DNA of 64,000 nucleotides from Octopus bimaculoides (GCF_001194135.2 NC_068992.1:65178320-65242319), one strand, 5' to 3'; positions 26,591-41,002 are shown, counted from the first letter of the stretch. Numbers and translations are program-made. Notes: generated from the letters alone by a model not told the origin.

Positions 26591-27431
26591 CTATATATAT
26601 ATACATATATATACACACACACACATATATATATTTGTGTGTTCGTTTGTGGGTGCGCCTTTGTGTGTGTGTGCGTGTGTGTCTGTCTGTCTGCGCGTGT
26701 GTGTCAAGAAATTAAAACGAACAGCATTCAGTTTGACGCTCAGCAGTTCTGAAACGAATGATAACTTGCATACCAGCATATGGTTTTATATATATATATA
26801 TNNNNNNNNNNNNNNNNNNNNNNNNNNNNNNNNNNNNNNNNNNNNNNNNNNNNNNNNNNNNNNNNNNNNNNNNNNNNNNNNNNNNNNNNNNNNNNNNNNN
26901 NNNNNNNNNNNNNNNNNNNNNNNNNNNNNNNNNNNNNNNNNNNNNNNNNNNNNNNNNNNNNNNNNNNNNNNNNNNNNNNNNNNNNNNNNNNNNNNNNNNN
27001 NNNNNNNNNNNNNNNNNNNNNNNNNNNNNNNNNNNNNNNNNNNNNNNNNNNNNNNNNNNNNNNNNNNNNNNNNNNNNNNNNNNNNNNNNNNNNNNNNNNN
27101 NNNNNNNNNNNNNNNNNNNNNNNNNNNNNNNNNNNNNNNNNNNNNNNNNNNNNNNNNNNNNNNNNNNNNNNNNNNNNNNNNNNNNNNNNNNNNNNNNNNN
27201 NNNNNNNNNNNNNNNNNNNNNNNNNNNNNNNNNNNNNNNNNNNNNNNNNNNNNNNNNNNNNNNNNNNNNNNNNNNNNNNNNNNNNNNNNNNNNNNNNNNN
27301 NNNNNNNNNNNNNNNNNNNNNNNNNNNNNNNNNNNNNNNNNNNNNNNNNNNNNNNNNNNNNNNNNNNNNNNNNNNNNNNNNNNNNNNNNNNNNNNNNNNN
27401 NNNNNNNNNNNNNNNNNNNNNNNNNNNNNNN

Positions 27432-27481
<50 letters not shown>

Positions 27482-27717
27482 CATAATCCTACATGTAGAT
27501 TTACACATGTATTTCAAAGAAAAGTGAAATAAAAAAAAGGAAAAATATATATATAAAAACAAATTAACCAATGAAAAATGAACGAAAACTTACAAATTGA
27601 TTTCTATATTTAATAGTTTGGGGTTTGAAATTTAAATTAAAATATGTTTACGTAATATGGTAAACAAGTTCACTGCACTAAAAAATGAAACGGCATTTCT
27701 GAAGAAAGACATACATA

Positions 27718-28035
27718 GGCGCAGGCATGGTTGTGTGGTTAGAATCTTGCTTCCCAACCACATGGTTCCCCGTTCAGTCCCACTGCGCGTCACCTTGAGC
27801 GAGCCTCAGACCGACCAAAGCCTTGTGAGTGGATTTGGATGACAGAAACTGAAAGAAGACCATCGTATATATATATGTTTGTGTGTTTGTGTTTGTCTCC
27901 TCACCGTTGCTTGGCAATCGATGTTGGCATGTTTACTCCTTAAATTAGCGGTTCAGCAAAAAAGTCCAATAGAAGAAGCACTAGGCTTACAAAGAATAAG
28001 TCCTGGGGTCGAATTGTTCGACTAAAGGCGGTGCT
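27718..28035 (+). mobile_element. tRNA-head CORE-like SINE, family C, near full length
   Basis: Head ggcgcaggcatggttgtgtggttag, gttcagtcccactg, a short internal TA/TG tract and tail ...cctggggtcgaattgttcgactaaaggcggtgct. Collinear with 56748-57202. Confidence 0.85.
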
Positions 28036-30410
28036 TAATATTTAAGAGTTGGAGACAATATGCTGCAAATCATCTTAGAAATCTAATGATGATGAACTAT
28101 CTCTCTGCGCCTCATTCTTAACTCCCACTATCCCTCTATGTTACTCTAAATCATAATATGCTGTACCTATGCATTTTTTTACTAAATCTCATTCTGCCAC
28201 GGAAATACCAAGGAGAAACAACGTAATTGTTTTGGTTGCTGATATAAGTTGCGCTACAAAACAAAAATGGTTTACGTTGGAAAACTGTACAGTTGGCTGC
28301 GTTCGAGGAGAGCGGTTTATTTTATATTGATGTAATGTTTTCATTGCTACACATTTTCCTTCCAAGCACTACAGTAAACAGCAGACGTGAGCTAAGACGT
28401 TAAAATTAGTGCGCATGCAATCTACGCCAAGCATCGTTACTCTACGTTCTATAGATTGGTTACTACGAGAACAGTCCGGATACTTATTAACCAGACCACA
28501 TATTGTCGAAGCGGACACAATTCTGAAAATATGAATATATATNNNNNNNNNNNNNNNNNNNNNNNNNNNNNNNNNNNNNNNNNNNNNNNNNNNNNNNNNN
28601 NNNNNNNNNNNNNNNNNNNNNNNNNNNNNNNNNNNNNNNNNNNNNNNNNNNNNNNNNNNNNNNNNNNNNNNNNNTATACATATATATATATATATAAACA
28701 TGCAGGGTGTTTACTGTATGGTAATAAAAACCTTCCTGGCAGAGACGTGAAATGAATTGTTTTTCAAGGGTGCCGTTCGAAGTAGATACAGCTATAAATA
28801 ATACCGTATAAAAATCGGAGAGAAAGAGCCGAAGGCTGCCTTCAGGACACGAAACTACATCTTTTAAAAACATGACAGACGTCGTACCAATATACCAAAT
28901 CAATCCTTCAAGTTTATCGATTTCATATACTTTGTTCTCAGCAGTGAGGATTGTATATATTATTTAGATCCTCAGAATTTTAAAGCTAATTTTTGATGGG
29001 GCGGGGGAGGCGTTCCCAATTGAAACATTATCAACAGTTGGAATTTTATACTATTATAAAATTGTTTGACAGTCATTACTGCTTAGGGACGAAATTAACC
29101 TATCATCATATTTTCGGGTATATCATTTATTGGTTACTTTGGTACATTAATTGCTAACGATTCGCGGCGAAATTGACACGGGTAAGGGAACAAAAGAGGA
29201 TAGATTATTTCTGCTCGATAAACTAGTAAACCATCAATTTTATTGCATTTGCCTGCAATTGTATTTTGCAGAAAAACTCTAAATTTACAAAATTATTCAA
29301 TTTATTATAAGATGTTTTCTCTTTTCAGAGATATTTTCACTTTGTAAGGTAAATATTTGGCAACGAATCACAAATGTAAAATTAATTATTAAACTCATTA
29401 ATGTAATTGGTTTTCTATATTATCTCTTCTCGAGTCTATTCAACTGAACTATTTCACTTTTAACATTGAACTGTGGTTGCTTTATCTGCTAATGTACGTG
29501 GATAACTGCTCCACATAAACACACCTGCGTACATATTCCGCCTTACGTACAGGAAATACACACACATGCGCACACGCGGATACAAACATACATATACATA
29601 AATATACTTACACACATACATACATATATACCTATATAATTTTCCTAATGTACTTCCGTTAACCTGGTACTCATTTAAACTAACAATATTCATTTATAAA
29701 TGCATATNNNNNNNNNNNNNNNNNNNNNNNNNNNNNNNNNNNNNNNNNNNNNNNNNNNNNNNNNNNNNNNNNNNNNNNNNNNNNNNNNNNNNNNNNNNNN
29801 NNNNNNNNNNNNNNNNNNNNNNNNNNNNNNNNNNNNNNNNNNNNNNNNNNNNNNNNNNNNNNNNNNNNNNNNNNNNNNNNNNNNNNNNNNNNNNNNNNNN
29901 NNNNNNNNNNNNNNNNNNNTATATATGTACATACATACATATACACACACACACATATATATACAACTATATTTATATACATACGATCCATAATTTATTT
30001 TTATATTTTATGCAACTATAATGCACACACACACACACATATATATATATATGTATATGATATATAATATATATTGTATATTTTTATATAATACATACCT
30101 TCATACCTATGTAGTTAGATATATATATATATACGCAGAAACGCGCCCTCCCCCCCACACATATATGCACGCGCCTACGTCAGGTGTATGCGTGTACACG
30201 AAGCAGAGTGTGTTTGTGTAATGTGTCAACGTTTGAAAACATTATATAACATTATATAGTATAATACGTCGATAATATTTGAAAATGTCAATAAATGTGT
30301 ATTTCTAAAGACTTCCACATTTCGATCTACACTATGGTCGATACACATATATACACAAACACACACACACGCGTCACGCATTTAAACTCACACACACATA
30401 CATATACGCA

Positions 30411-30443
<33 letters not shown>

Positions 30444-30510
30444 CTCTATCTATCTATCTATCTATCTATCGATCTACCTATCCATCTATATATCTATCTA
30501 TCCATCTATC

Positions 30511-30579
<69 letters not shown>

Positions 30580-31147
30580 CTTTATATATATACACGCACG
30601 TTTACAGTGAGCGAATATACCTGACACCTAACATTTTTCATGTTCACAATCTAAAGGGAATACACTTCCATTACTGGGTGTGTATGTTTGTATGTGTGTA
30701 TGTATTTATGTATGTGTGTATGCACACACACACACACACACACACACGTTTATTCTTATATATATACACACGTTTACCTCCGTTAACAAAATTGTTACGT
30801 GTCAATATTCCGTTATTTCTTCACTTTTAATGCAACGTAGACGACTTAGACCTTTTCCAAGAACTCATCGTAACACACGATATATTTTCCGACGGCTTTT
30901 AGATAAGATTTCTGTTGTTAAAAATGTGTATGGAAGAGTCTGTCTTCTGCTCTCTAGACTCTACACTCAGTCTTGTTTAATTTTTAAGATCTCCGTTAGT
31001 AAAGTTGACATTTTGCATACAATCTAAAAGACACCGACATCAATCTTGCCAGATTTCTTTTCTTGCACCATTCATACAAAACTATTTCTGATTGAATTTG
31101 TTCTATCCTCTGACTTATGATTTTCCTGACCTATATTTGGATACAGT

Positions 31148-31525
31148 GGAGGCGCAATAGCCCAGTGGTTAGGGAAGCGGACTCGTGGTTGCAGCATCGC
31201 GGCATCTATTCCCAGATACCGGGCGTTGTGAGTGTTTATTGAGCGAAAATACCTAGAGCTCTACGAGGCTACAATAGGGGCTGGTGGCGAACCCTGCTGC
31301 ACTCTTTCACCATAACTTTCTGTCACTTTTTCTTCTTGTTTCTGTTGTACCTGCGTTTCAAAGGGCCAGCTTTGTCACGCTCTGTGTCACACTGTATCTC
31401 CTCGAGAACTACGTTAAGGTTGCACGTGTCTGTGGAGTGCTCAGCCACTTGCACGTTAATTTCACGAGCAGGCTGTTCCGTTAATCGGATCAGCTGGAAC
31501 CCTCGTCGTCGCAACGACGGAATAC
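31148..31525 (+). mobile_element. tRNA-derived SINE, family A, near full length
   Basis: The head has an A-box-like TAGCCCAGTGG. The body is collinear with 62601-62963, and the 3' part matches the reverse complement of 75-250. Confidence 0.85.
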
Positions 31526-32324
31526 CACGAATATTTGGATACATCTTCCTTTGAACTCTAATGACGTGTCTATGTCTTACTTGTACTAAGTTATTTTTAA
31601 TATATTTTGTGATTTGAATAATGCATCTTTCTTAGTTCTAACATAAGTTTAAAAAAAAACCTTTTTCCATAGAGTGTGCTAATGAAGGTGTTTTAGGACT
31701 TTAATATGCAAGTGCTGTAGGTTATCCCATATTCATTTAACCAAGGGCTGAATTATTCTTCTCACAGCAATCTATGAAAACCACTCAATCAAAAAATCCT
31801 ATTTAACCCAAGATATATCTACAAAAATTCCAGATAACAAACACATTAGATTCGGAGAAACCTGACATTTCACTTGAATTATCAAAATGATAAATAGCCA
31901 ATGGGTTATGTTTTGAATCTTCAAAGAATTTGTTTCTTAAATTGAGATGACCTTCTACTAATATATATTCACTTGCCATGTAATTCAAAGATTTTGGTGT
32001 CCATCGTTTCTAAAAATCGCTCACATATATTTAACATTAAACACCAGTTTTATTGGATATCCATCTCTTTCATTAATACCCTTCAAATATTTTGTAAATC
32101 GCAATGGGAACCGATTATCAGCATGCTGATAAGCGGTTTATATCATTTATAGTGATGTTGATGTTGCTGCTGCTGTAGTTGTTACTGTTTCTGTTGATTC
32201 CTCTATTATCCAAAATCTATGGACATTATAAAATTTACTGAGCTATTCGAACCATTCATTAGAATCAATAAAAATTTGAGTTACTCAGCTTATTTTACCA
32301 AATCAATATCAATTCCGATTCCAA

Positions 32325-32528
32325 ATCGGCGAACTAACAGATTCTTTAGCATGCCGTCCAAAATACTTGGCGCTATTTCGTTCGTCTTTACTCTCCAAGT
32401 TCAAATTCCGATGAGGTCAACTTTAACTTTCATTCTTCCGTGGTCGAAAACATAAGTACCAGTTGAACATTGGGGTTGATGTAATCGACTTAACCCCTCC
32501 TTCCGAAATTACTGGACTCATGCCAATA
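32325..32528 (+). mobile_element. Family B tRNA-derived SINE; the only clear plus-strand copy
   Basis: B-box-like AGTTCAAATTCC is followed by gaggtcaactttaactttcattcttccgtggtcg. It is the reverse complement of the other family B copies. Confidence 0.75.
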
Positions 32529-33294
32529 TTAACTTCATTTCCCCCCACCCCATCAAATGCTTTAGCACTCAAACTAATACACACATTAGCGAATCGCACC
32601 ATCACTTGCAATGCAGCTTGTTAATATTGAAATATAAACTAATTTTTACCATAGAAGCTGACTAACAACTTATTTACGACTATTCTTAATTCTCTGTGTG
32701 TAACGTTTGGATTAAAAATAAAATGGTGAGAATTCCATTTTCTGATTATTGTTAGAAAAATGTTCTCGATGTTTTTACCGTTGTTGCAGCTGTTGTTGTT
32801 GTTGTTGATGTTATAGACCTTATTGCTATTATAACAGCCGTTGCTTCAGTTGCTGCCGTTGTTTTGCAGCAGAAACAACAGCTACTCCTGTACTCGTTGC
32901 TGTTTGTTATTAGTGGTTATTCAGCAATCCCTTTTGAGCTAAACTACAATCACTAACAATCCAGATCTGACCATCTCGTTTTTCTTTCAAGTACACTGAT
33001 AAGTAAGGTTACGTTAAGTAATGTGCCGTTATTAATTTTAAAAGGATAATGAGAAATTTGATGGATATTTAGCTGTTATATATAGAAGGTCGATCGATAA
33101 AGAGGTTCCCCCGACGGTTCGTTTAATCATTTATTTGTGATGTTGCCTAAAAAACAGGAAAAACAGAAGCGTTAACCCGAGCGTGGCATTTGTTAACGAA
33201 ACTAAAACCGTTGATGGTTTCCTACACGGAAAATGAAACCATTGGAGCGAAGATTTGGGAATCCTTAGATGCATTCATAATGAGACAATGCGCG

Positions 33295-33338
<44 letters not shown>

Positions 33339-33442
33339 AGCACATACACCCATACACAAAAACACGTACATGTATACACACGCACTCACATGCATAAATA
33401 CAAACATAAGTATTTGTGTGTGGTGTGCGTGTGGTGTATGTG

Positions 33443-33478
<36 letters not shown>

Positions 33479-33588
33479 TCTGTCTACCTATACATATGTA
33501 TGTGTGTGAACGCACGCGCGTATATATATTTACAGATATAGATATACAGATTCATAGATAAACATATACATACATATATTTGTGTATA

Positions 33589-33619
<31 letters not shown>

Positions 33620-33975
33620 CATTGAATATTGTAAGTTCAGATTTTGCTACATTGTGGACTTGGGTATTAAATAACTACAAATAGAACGTGGAGAAGATGT
33701 GGGTTTGGTAAAATGAAATCAACCAGTTAACAAGCAATTTAAAAGTCGAGTCTATAAGCAGAACAGTGAAAGTATTCAAGGCTTTTCGCAAGTAGAAAAT
33801 GTAGCATTCTTTTACTGTCTACGTTCCAATGATGGACATGCGTAACTTAGAAACCTATTCCTTGCTTACGGAAATATTTGAAGTAGAAGAGTACAAGCAT
33901 ATATACGTATATACGCATATACCTCCATACTTTCATTCAATTCATACATATATGCGTATATAGACACCTATATAA

Positions 33976-34052
<77 letters not shown>

Positions 34053-34063
34053 AGGAAGCTTTT

Positions 34064-34538
34064 GTTATAGAACAAACATTAAAATTGGGTCAACGACTTT
34101 ACATACAACATGTGGAAGTGTGTTTACTTATGAAGTTTGGACGTTCTTTTCTGAGGGAAGTAAAAGATTTTTCAAATATTTTTTTAAAAAATGAAAAGAA
34201 ATTTTTGATATTTTAATTGTCTGATAAAACATTTTAAGTCTGTGGACATTTATTTTATTTTATGTTTATCTTTATTTATTTTATCTTTATATTCTTATAT
34301 TTGTCTATTAGTTTTTTCGGTAGTTTTTGAATTTTTAGCCGGTTATATAAAACATGTTTGATAGGCCGTTCGATTTGTATTATATTGAAATATATACTTT
34401 TACCTTCTGTAATTTTATGTATATGTATAATCTTTATGTGTTTGGGAACCATGGTGTTTTTTATATATATGATTACATGTTTGAGGGTTGGTGTTGTATA
34501 TAAAGTCGTTGACCCAAATTTAATGTTTGTTCTATAAC
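34064..34538. mobile_element. MITE-like element with 47-bp terminal inverted repeats
   Basis: 34064-34110 is the reverse complement of 34492-34538 with about 2 mismatches. The interior is AT-rich and non-coding. Confidence 0.8.
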
Positions 34539-34637
34539 CAATGTTTCTTTATCTTCGTCTCATTTATATTTGAACAGTTCTTTTGCTGTCCTATAAATCC
34601 TTTTGTTTTTATAAAAGAGACAAATGTTATTTCTTGT

Positions 34638-34692
<55 letters not shown>

Positions 34693-36154
34693 AGACTGTT
34701 GACTCGTTAATCACATATGGCTTTTCGCACTAACGAATCTATGTAAATGAGCACTAAATATGTTAAAGCTAACAACATATAACCAGGTAAAAGCATTTAT
34801 ATAGTATAATTGAGAACAAAGTTATAAAACAAAGTTATAAAAGAATATAAAAGGACCATAAGGCATAGAAATGAGAGCAAAAGGACCATAAGGCATAGAA
34901 ATGAGAGCAAAGAAGCAGTGAACAGCGATGTTAGCAAGACTCGTGCTGAACCTAAAACTTGCGCTGCATTGCAAAGACTCTCCCTAATAGCACTAATCAG
35001 TCGAAAGGCATGGATGCACGTTCACCCACGTACAAACTCGTATGAAGTTGGTAACTCCAAGATTCCCTCTCGAAACGTTCTGTCAAGGAATATCCAGAGT
35101 TATTCTTATTATTAACTGCGTGTGACAACAGCATTGTACAAGGAAATGTAATCTATATCGCGTATTGAGGACGCATCCGCTCGGTCTGTTAAACTAAATC
35201 GTATCTATGTGTGTGTTTATGTATGTGTGAATGCATATGTGTGAATGTTTCTGCATGTGTGTGCGCTACTTGTGTGTGGTTGAATGTCTGTGTGTGTGTT
35301 TGTGATAATTTCATATTATTATTAGACAGATAAGAAATGGCTGACTCTCCACAATTTCTGCAACTGCTCCTGTTGCTGCTGCTACTGCTGTTAATGGTGG
35401 TGACGGTACCTACTTTGTAAGCGGTGATCTCTGACAGTTGTCAGTCGAACGTTTATTGAATTCAAGTCTGCTTTTAAAATGATTTAGCATTTGTGTTAGT
35501 CTTCAATTTAATTCGCTAATAGTTGCAATTTTCGCTATAGAACATGGTCTACGACCTGAATGATTCACTTTGGTTGAGACAATTCTTAGACTACACACAC
35601 CTTTAATCATTGTCTACTCATCTTTGCAGCGAATATAGACACATTCGGAGGAACTCGTAACTTTTATCTGAAACTCTTATTTATATCGACGGAACCATTA
35701 AGTTTTATCTCACAATCCTACTGATCGCTGTTTCTTCAGAAAATTGAACCATTTATTCTGAAGACACCGACTGAGCAATAAAACGTTTCATTGAAATAAC
35801 AAAGAAAGTGGCGTGACAGATATTCGCCATTCGTTATTATCAATTGATCAGGGGATCAGTTAATGAATACGCAGGTCCGCTATGATTCTAACTTGGAATG
35901 CATCACGCTTTATATATAGATAGTCAAAAATCTATAACATACATGCACAACCGAAAACTTATCTGCTCGTATTCAATGCAGGCAACTGGAGAACACAATC
36001 TTTAGCTTTCAAATTCGGCCATAGATCAGGTTCATACCATCAAAATAGCTATGGGAGCAACTCCAGCCTCTCCATCTCTCTCTCTCTCTCTGTTTGTCTC
36101 TCTGCCCGTCTCCCTGTGTCTCTGTCTGTCACGCTGCTCTTCTCTCTTGGCCAT

Positions 36155-36157
<3 letters not shown>

Positions 36158-36230
<73 letters not shown>

Positions 36231-36322
36231 ACACACACATACACACACACACAGACAAACACACACACACACACACATAAACACACACAAACACACATAA
36301 ACACACACAAACACACATAAAA
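36158..36322. repeat. (CA)n microsatellite
   Basis: Direct reading. Confidence 0.95.
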
Positions 36323-37000
36323 GCACACGCATATTCAGGCTCACATATTGGTTTATAATAAGGCAACTAACTCCTCCACATTAGACAAGTTAATTATTCC
36401 AGCGACCTTCACTCCCGGGACTTTGACCCTCAGCATGAATTTTATTTTCCCTAAGATTATCTAACACGTGACCATCGCTGTTGTATTTGTTAAAAACTAA
36501 CCCGTCATCACGGTACATTCCAATGCCAGAATTGTTTGTAACTAGAGTAGCCCATGAGAATTTCTACACTACTTCTACGGCATCATCAGGTTGAAATGAT
36601 GAAGAATAATTTTCTGGAATATAATCTTACTTATGTCCATCACAAAAGACTCTTAAAATTTTCTAACTTATTGGCAAAGCTATATATAACTCCATTTCAT
36701 GCGGAATCTTGGAAAATATGAAATTATATGAGATGTTTATTTCCTTCTGCGAACAACATATCTCCCAACTCAAATCTACCTCATCATATGTAGGTTCTGT
36801 TAGTTTTCTTTTCTAGTAAACGTAATCCAAGTTGTTTGCCAACAACATATGGACTACAAATGATTTTTTTTTTGCATTCATGTTCATAGCTGCGCATAGA
36901 AATAACAAATGTAGGAAATCACACACACGCAAACAAATGTGTGTGAACACACACACACACACATAATTATATATATGCATACATAACTACATACACACAT

Positions 37001-37065
<65 letters not shown>

Positions 37066-37879
37066 CATACATGTATACACACACATACATACATACGTTC
37101 ATACATACATATATACATACATGCATATGCATATATCCGCACGTGTATTAGTGATAACAAATAACCCTTCCTTAATTGGATGAAAATCACGCATCTGATT
37201 AGCTGACTGTAATGTTGTTCAGGGAAGAATAAAAAAATCATTGTGATTTTACTTAAAATGCCAATCTATATAAATATATCCAGAGAGACAGGAGGAGGAG
37301 GGAAAGAGCGAAAGTGAGGTAGAGAGAAAGAGAGGAAAAGAGAGGATGAGGAAGAGTTAGAAGGAGATGGAAAGTGATAGAGAATGTTATGTACACACAT
37401 ATCCCAATGTATGCCTCAACTTTAAACACACAAATATATGTACGGCCACCACCAGCCTCTCTCCCTCTCCATATTGATTTAAGATATTTTCAGATCCCAG
37501 CAATTAAAACTAGATGTAAAGAACCGTCCTGTGATATTGTAAAACTGTAAAATATTCTACAATGAATAATAAATATTTTCTTGTAGTGTTTATCGAAAAA
37601 AAAAATGTATTAGATCTCAAACATTCACGGATCAGTGAATGGCCGAGGTACTAAACGAAAGAGCGTCTCCATGCTGTTGCTTAGCCTGCTAGAAACAAGA
37701 GCCGAGTTTCGCTCATATCATGTTTGCCCTGTTGATTTATAGGAAAGGAATAACACGTTGGTTAATGTAGTTTTGGATACATTGTGTTTAAAACATAAAG
37801 ATTGAAGGGAAAGGAAACCTGGGATGTATTTAATCATAAAGCTTGTTCAATCAAAGATAAATTGCAGCGAAGCAGCTTC

Positions 37880-38104
37880 ATCCCCACCGACAGTAACGAC
37901 CGTGTCAATAGCAGGATCAAGAACTGCAAGAGAAACAATAACAACGATCACCGTTCCAACAAAATCAACTTTATCAGCAGGAATAGTTTCAACAATGGTG
38001 ACAGAAACACCGACAACAACGTCATCAATTTCAACAAGAACAAAGACGTTGTCAATCTCGCCAACAACAATATGAGTATCAACAACGAAAACAAGAACAT
38101 TATC

Positions 38105-38151
<47 letters not shown>

Positions 38152-38225
38152 CGCTAACAAGACATCAACAATAAAACATCAACAGAGCCAATAATAACTG
38201 CATCAACATTATTAACATCAACAAA
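37880..38225. repeat. Degenerate to perfect (AAC)n tract
   Basis: Direct reading. The Asn- and Thr-rich ORFs here are by-products. Confidence 0.8.
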
Positions 38226-38289
38226 TGTACGTTGCTGTTCATAATTGCGCAGCAAATTTATTTGTACAGATCTTCTCAACAAAAGTGGT

Positions 38290-38590
38290 AAATGTTCGGT
38301 GAGCTGTGCGCATGCGTTATTTTCTCTCCAAGAGTATATCTATTTCACTTCCCAACTCAAATTATTTTACTATCACGGTGACAAACTTCAATTATATTCT
38401 GGATGCTTTACGATTCACATTGGGATACTGCCTAGTTACCAACCCCTACCTCCCAGACCCTGGTCTTCTGTACATTTTCCGTATGAGACCCTTCGTCCAG
38501 TCCTTCCTGTTCACAGTAGCTTCTCTCTGGGATCTGAAGTATTTTTCCTGCAAATATCTTCCTACTAAAGTTTTCACGGAATACTCACCG
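38290..38590 (+). mobile_element. Possible decayed 3' fragment of a CR1/Jockey-like LINE
   Basis: Weak motifs LFYYHG and VQSFLFTVASLWDL (cf. SFFPRT..LWN.LP) occur in different frames. Confidence 0.4.
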
Positions 38591-41002
38591 TCTACAACCA
38601 ACAATCGGGAAATGTCTTAATGCACCATTCTTCACACTAGAAATAACAGTCAAAACTGCCTCAATACACACTATGCTGTCTTAAAGCGGGGTGACGCAGT
38701 TGTTGCAAATACGCAATGGCCAAGAAAACCAGGCTAAGAACCATAGATGGAATTTTGTCTTTGATGACGTCTCTGTACAGTTTAAACTCATCAAACGCTT
38801 AAAATAAAAATGTTTACGGCTGAAATAAAAATGTTTACACGTTTACCAGGAAATATAGTGGTTTTCTAAGAATTCTACACCATTTAATTGTGCTGAAAGA
38901 ACGTTAAGGATACATCACGAATGAAAACTGTATAAATCCGATCATACTTTTTAAAGATTCACAATTTGTCGTTGGAAATTCAGCAACAAGTCTCATATTC
39001 AATGTAGGAAAGCAAAGTAAATGGTGCCGCTCATTTTCTAACAGTGAAAATGAAATCAGGGAAATAAATACTACACTACAAGTCGAAGGCAAAATTCAGT
39101 GGACAAAATTCAGTATATCCTTGTCTAAACTCTCGTTTCTATTTTTCGGTGATTGAGAGAAACACAAATTTACACCGTTTGAAGTACTTGGAGACCTGAA
39201 TACATATTGTGTACTGAATGCCGTGTTTTATCACGTATTTATCAGTTGTGAATGGAAAATAATGTCAATTAATTCTATCATTTTCATTTGTATCAGAATA
39301 TGAGGGATGAAGGTAAACGCGGTGAGACAACAATGTCTATTGAATTGATAAATCATTCGAACATAACTATAGTTTTGTTAACGAAACATGGCTACGCCTA
39401 TCAATCAATTACGTTGTTTCTTGTTTCAGTTTTTCTTCTCTCTCCAAAAGAAATTCTAGTTTGTTTTTCTTATAGACATAAAAAAGAAATTATTATTCAT
39501 TCATAAGAGCGAGGGAAAGATGGCGTTTCTCTGATGTTTACACGTTTCCCAGAAGATATAGTGATTTTCTAAGAATTCCACATCATTCAGCTGTGAGGAA
39601 ACAACGTTGAGCTTACATCGCAACAAGTTGTTACCAGATCTCCATAAGATCTCACTAACAACTCATTTATACACCTATGAATGATTGGCTTACCATAAGA
39701 TTCTTTTCTCTTTGCAATCCCATTCCATTCACTTCACCTATGTGGCTAATGCCTTTTCATGCCGTTGTTCTTTCTGAAATTTTGGCTGTGGTGCTATTTG
39801 AACCTGACCGATGTAAACTTATCTTCAATTATTCTGATGTAAAACCCATCCCGTTTTATTTTTTAGGAATAGTGTACTTCGTACGGCTTCCAAGGACATA
39901 TAGCATGTGTTGCAAGGTGTAAGGTGAGGCATGTTTGACTGCTATTTCCAGTAATTTCAATAACGATCTAGATGTTCTGCCGTTGTCTTTTATTTATTTA
40001 TTATTTTGTTTTAGAAGAACTCAACACTCGAGGTAAACTCTTGGACACTTGAGACCAAATTCGAGTTTCTGGTGAACGTCATTGTAATAAATGTTTGAAT
40101 AGATCAAGAAAACCGACTATTAACAACTAAATCCCTCACATCACCCCCCCCCCGTCCGTTATGCTGGTCACTGCAAACCCTTCTGCCCGCCAACCAACCT
40201 GCTTGCTAGCCTAGCTTCCTTATAAAAACCTGGTGATTGATGTCAATAAATCTGAAACAAAGAATCAATACAGCAACGATAAATATGATTTTCTTGAATG
40301 TTCTCTCCTCGTTTTCTTACTTTCAGATGGATGTCATGAAAAAAGTTACTGCCCAGACATGGAGGGAAGAAAGAGAAAAACAACATACATTGAATATTAT
40401 AAGAAAAAGCAACAGTATAAGTTTTGCGATAAAAAGAGGCATCTAACGGAATATTTCATATGCATGTAATAAATATTCAGATGCTAGTTGTAAGCCAAGC
40501 CTTGTTAGATAAGGATAATAAATTACGATAATCCGGTGAAGTCGTAGACACTTGTGAAATCCTCTATATTCGTATATGACTACTAATAACCATCAAACCG
40601 CTCGATTATCGATGAATAAATAACACTACCAGAAACGGTATTAGCATCTTGTGAATAATAAAATAAAAGCTAAGTAAATCAAAGAAATACATGTTCTTAA
40701 AGAAGTCTTTACAGATCAATGGAACTAGATGTATATTTTGTCTCTAAGTCAGTTACAGCTTCAGAAATTCTTCGTTATTGCTACTTTTTCTAGATTTATG
40801 ACGAGAGAGAAAGAAATAAAGAAGACGGACAGACAATAAGATTTTACCTTAATTAACTTAATTATTTTGAAATGAAATTTCCTGGGATTGATTTTAATTG
40901 CAAGGCCTTAATTTTCGGACCTCGAGTAATACATCGACAAAACCGAATTAATTACACTACAGCTCATAATTAATTACTTCAATAAAAAAACTATTGTTTT
41001 AA

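Noticed and set aside
37802-38194. 130-aa Asn-rich ORF
   Set aside because: It is a degenerate (AAC)n tract open in several frames, with no splice or domain evidence.
37660-38790. Weakly similar segments at 37660-37790 and 38600-38790, plus 8665-8740 and 22829-22885, as a fifth repeat family
   Set aside because: Within-window similarity is too low to delimit without an alignment.
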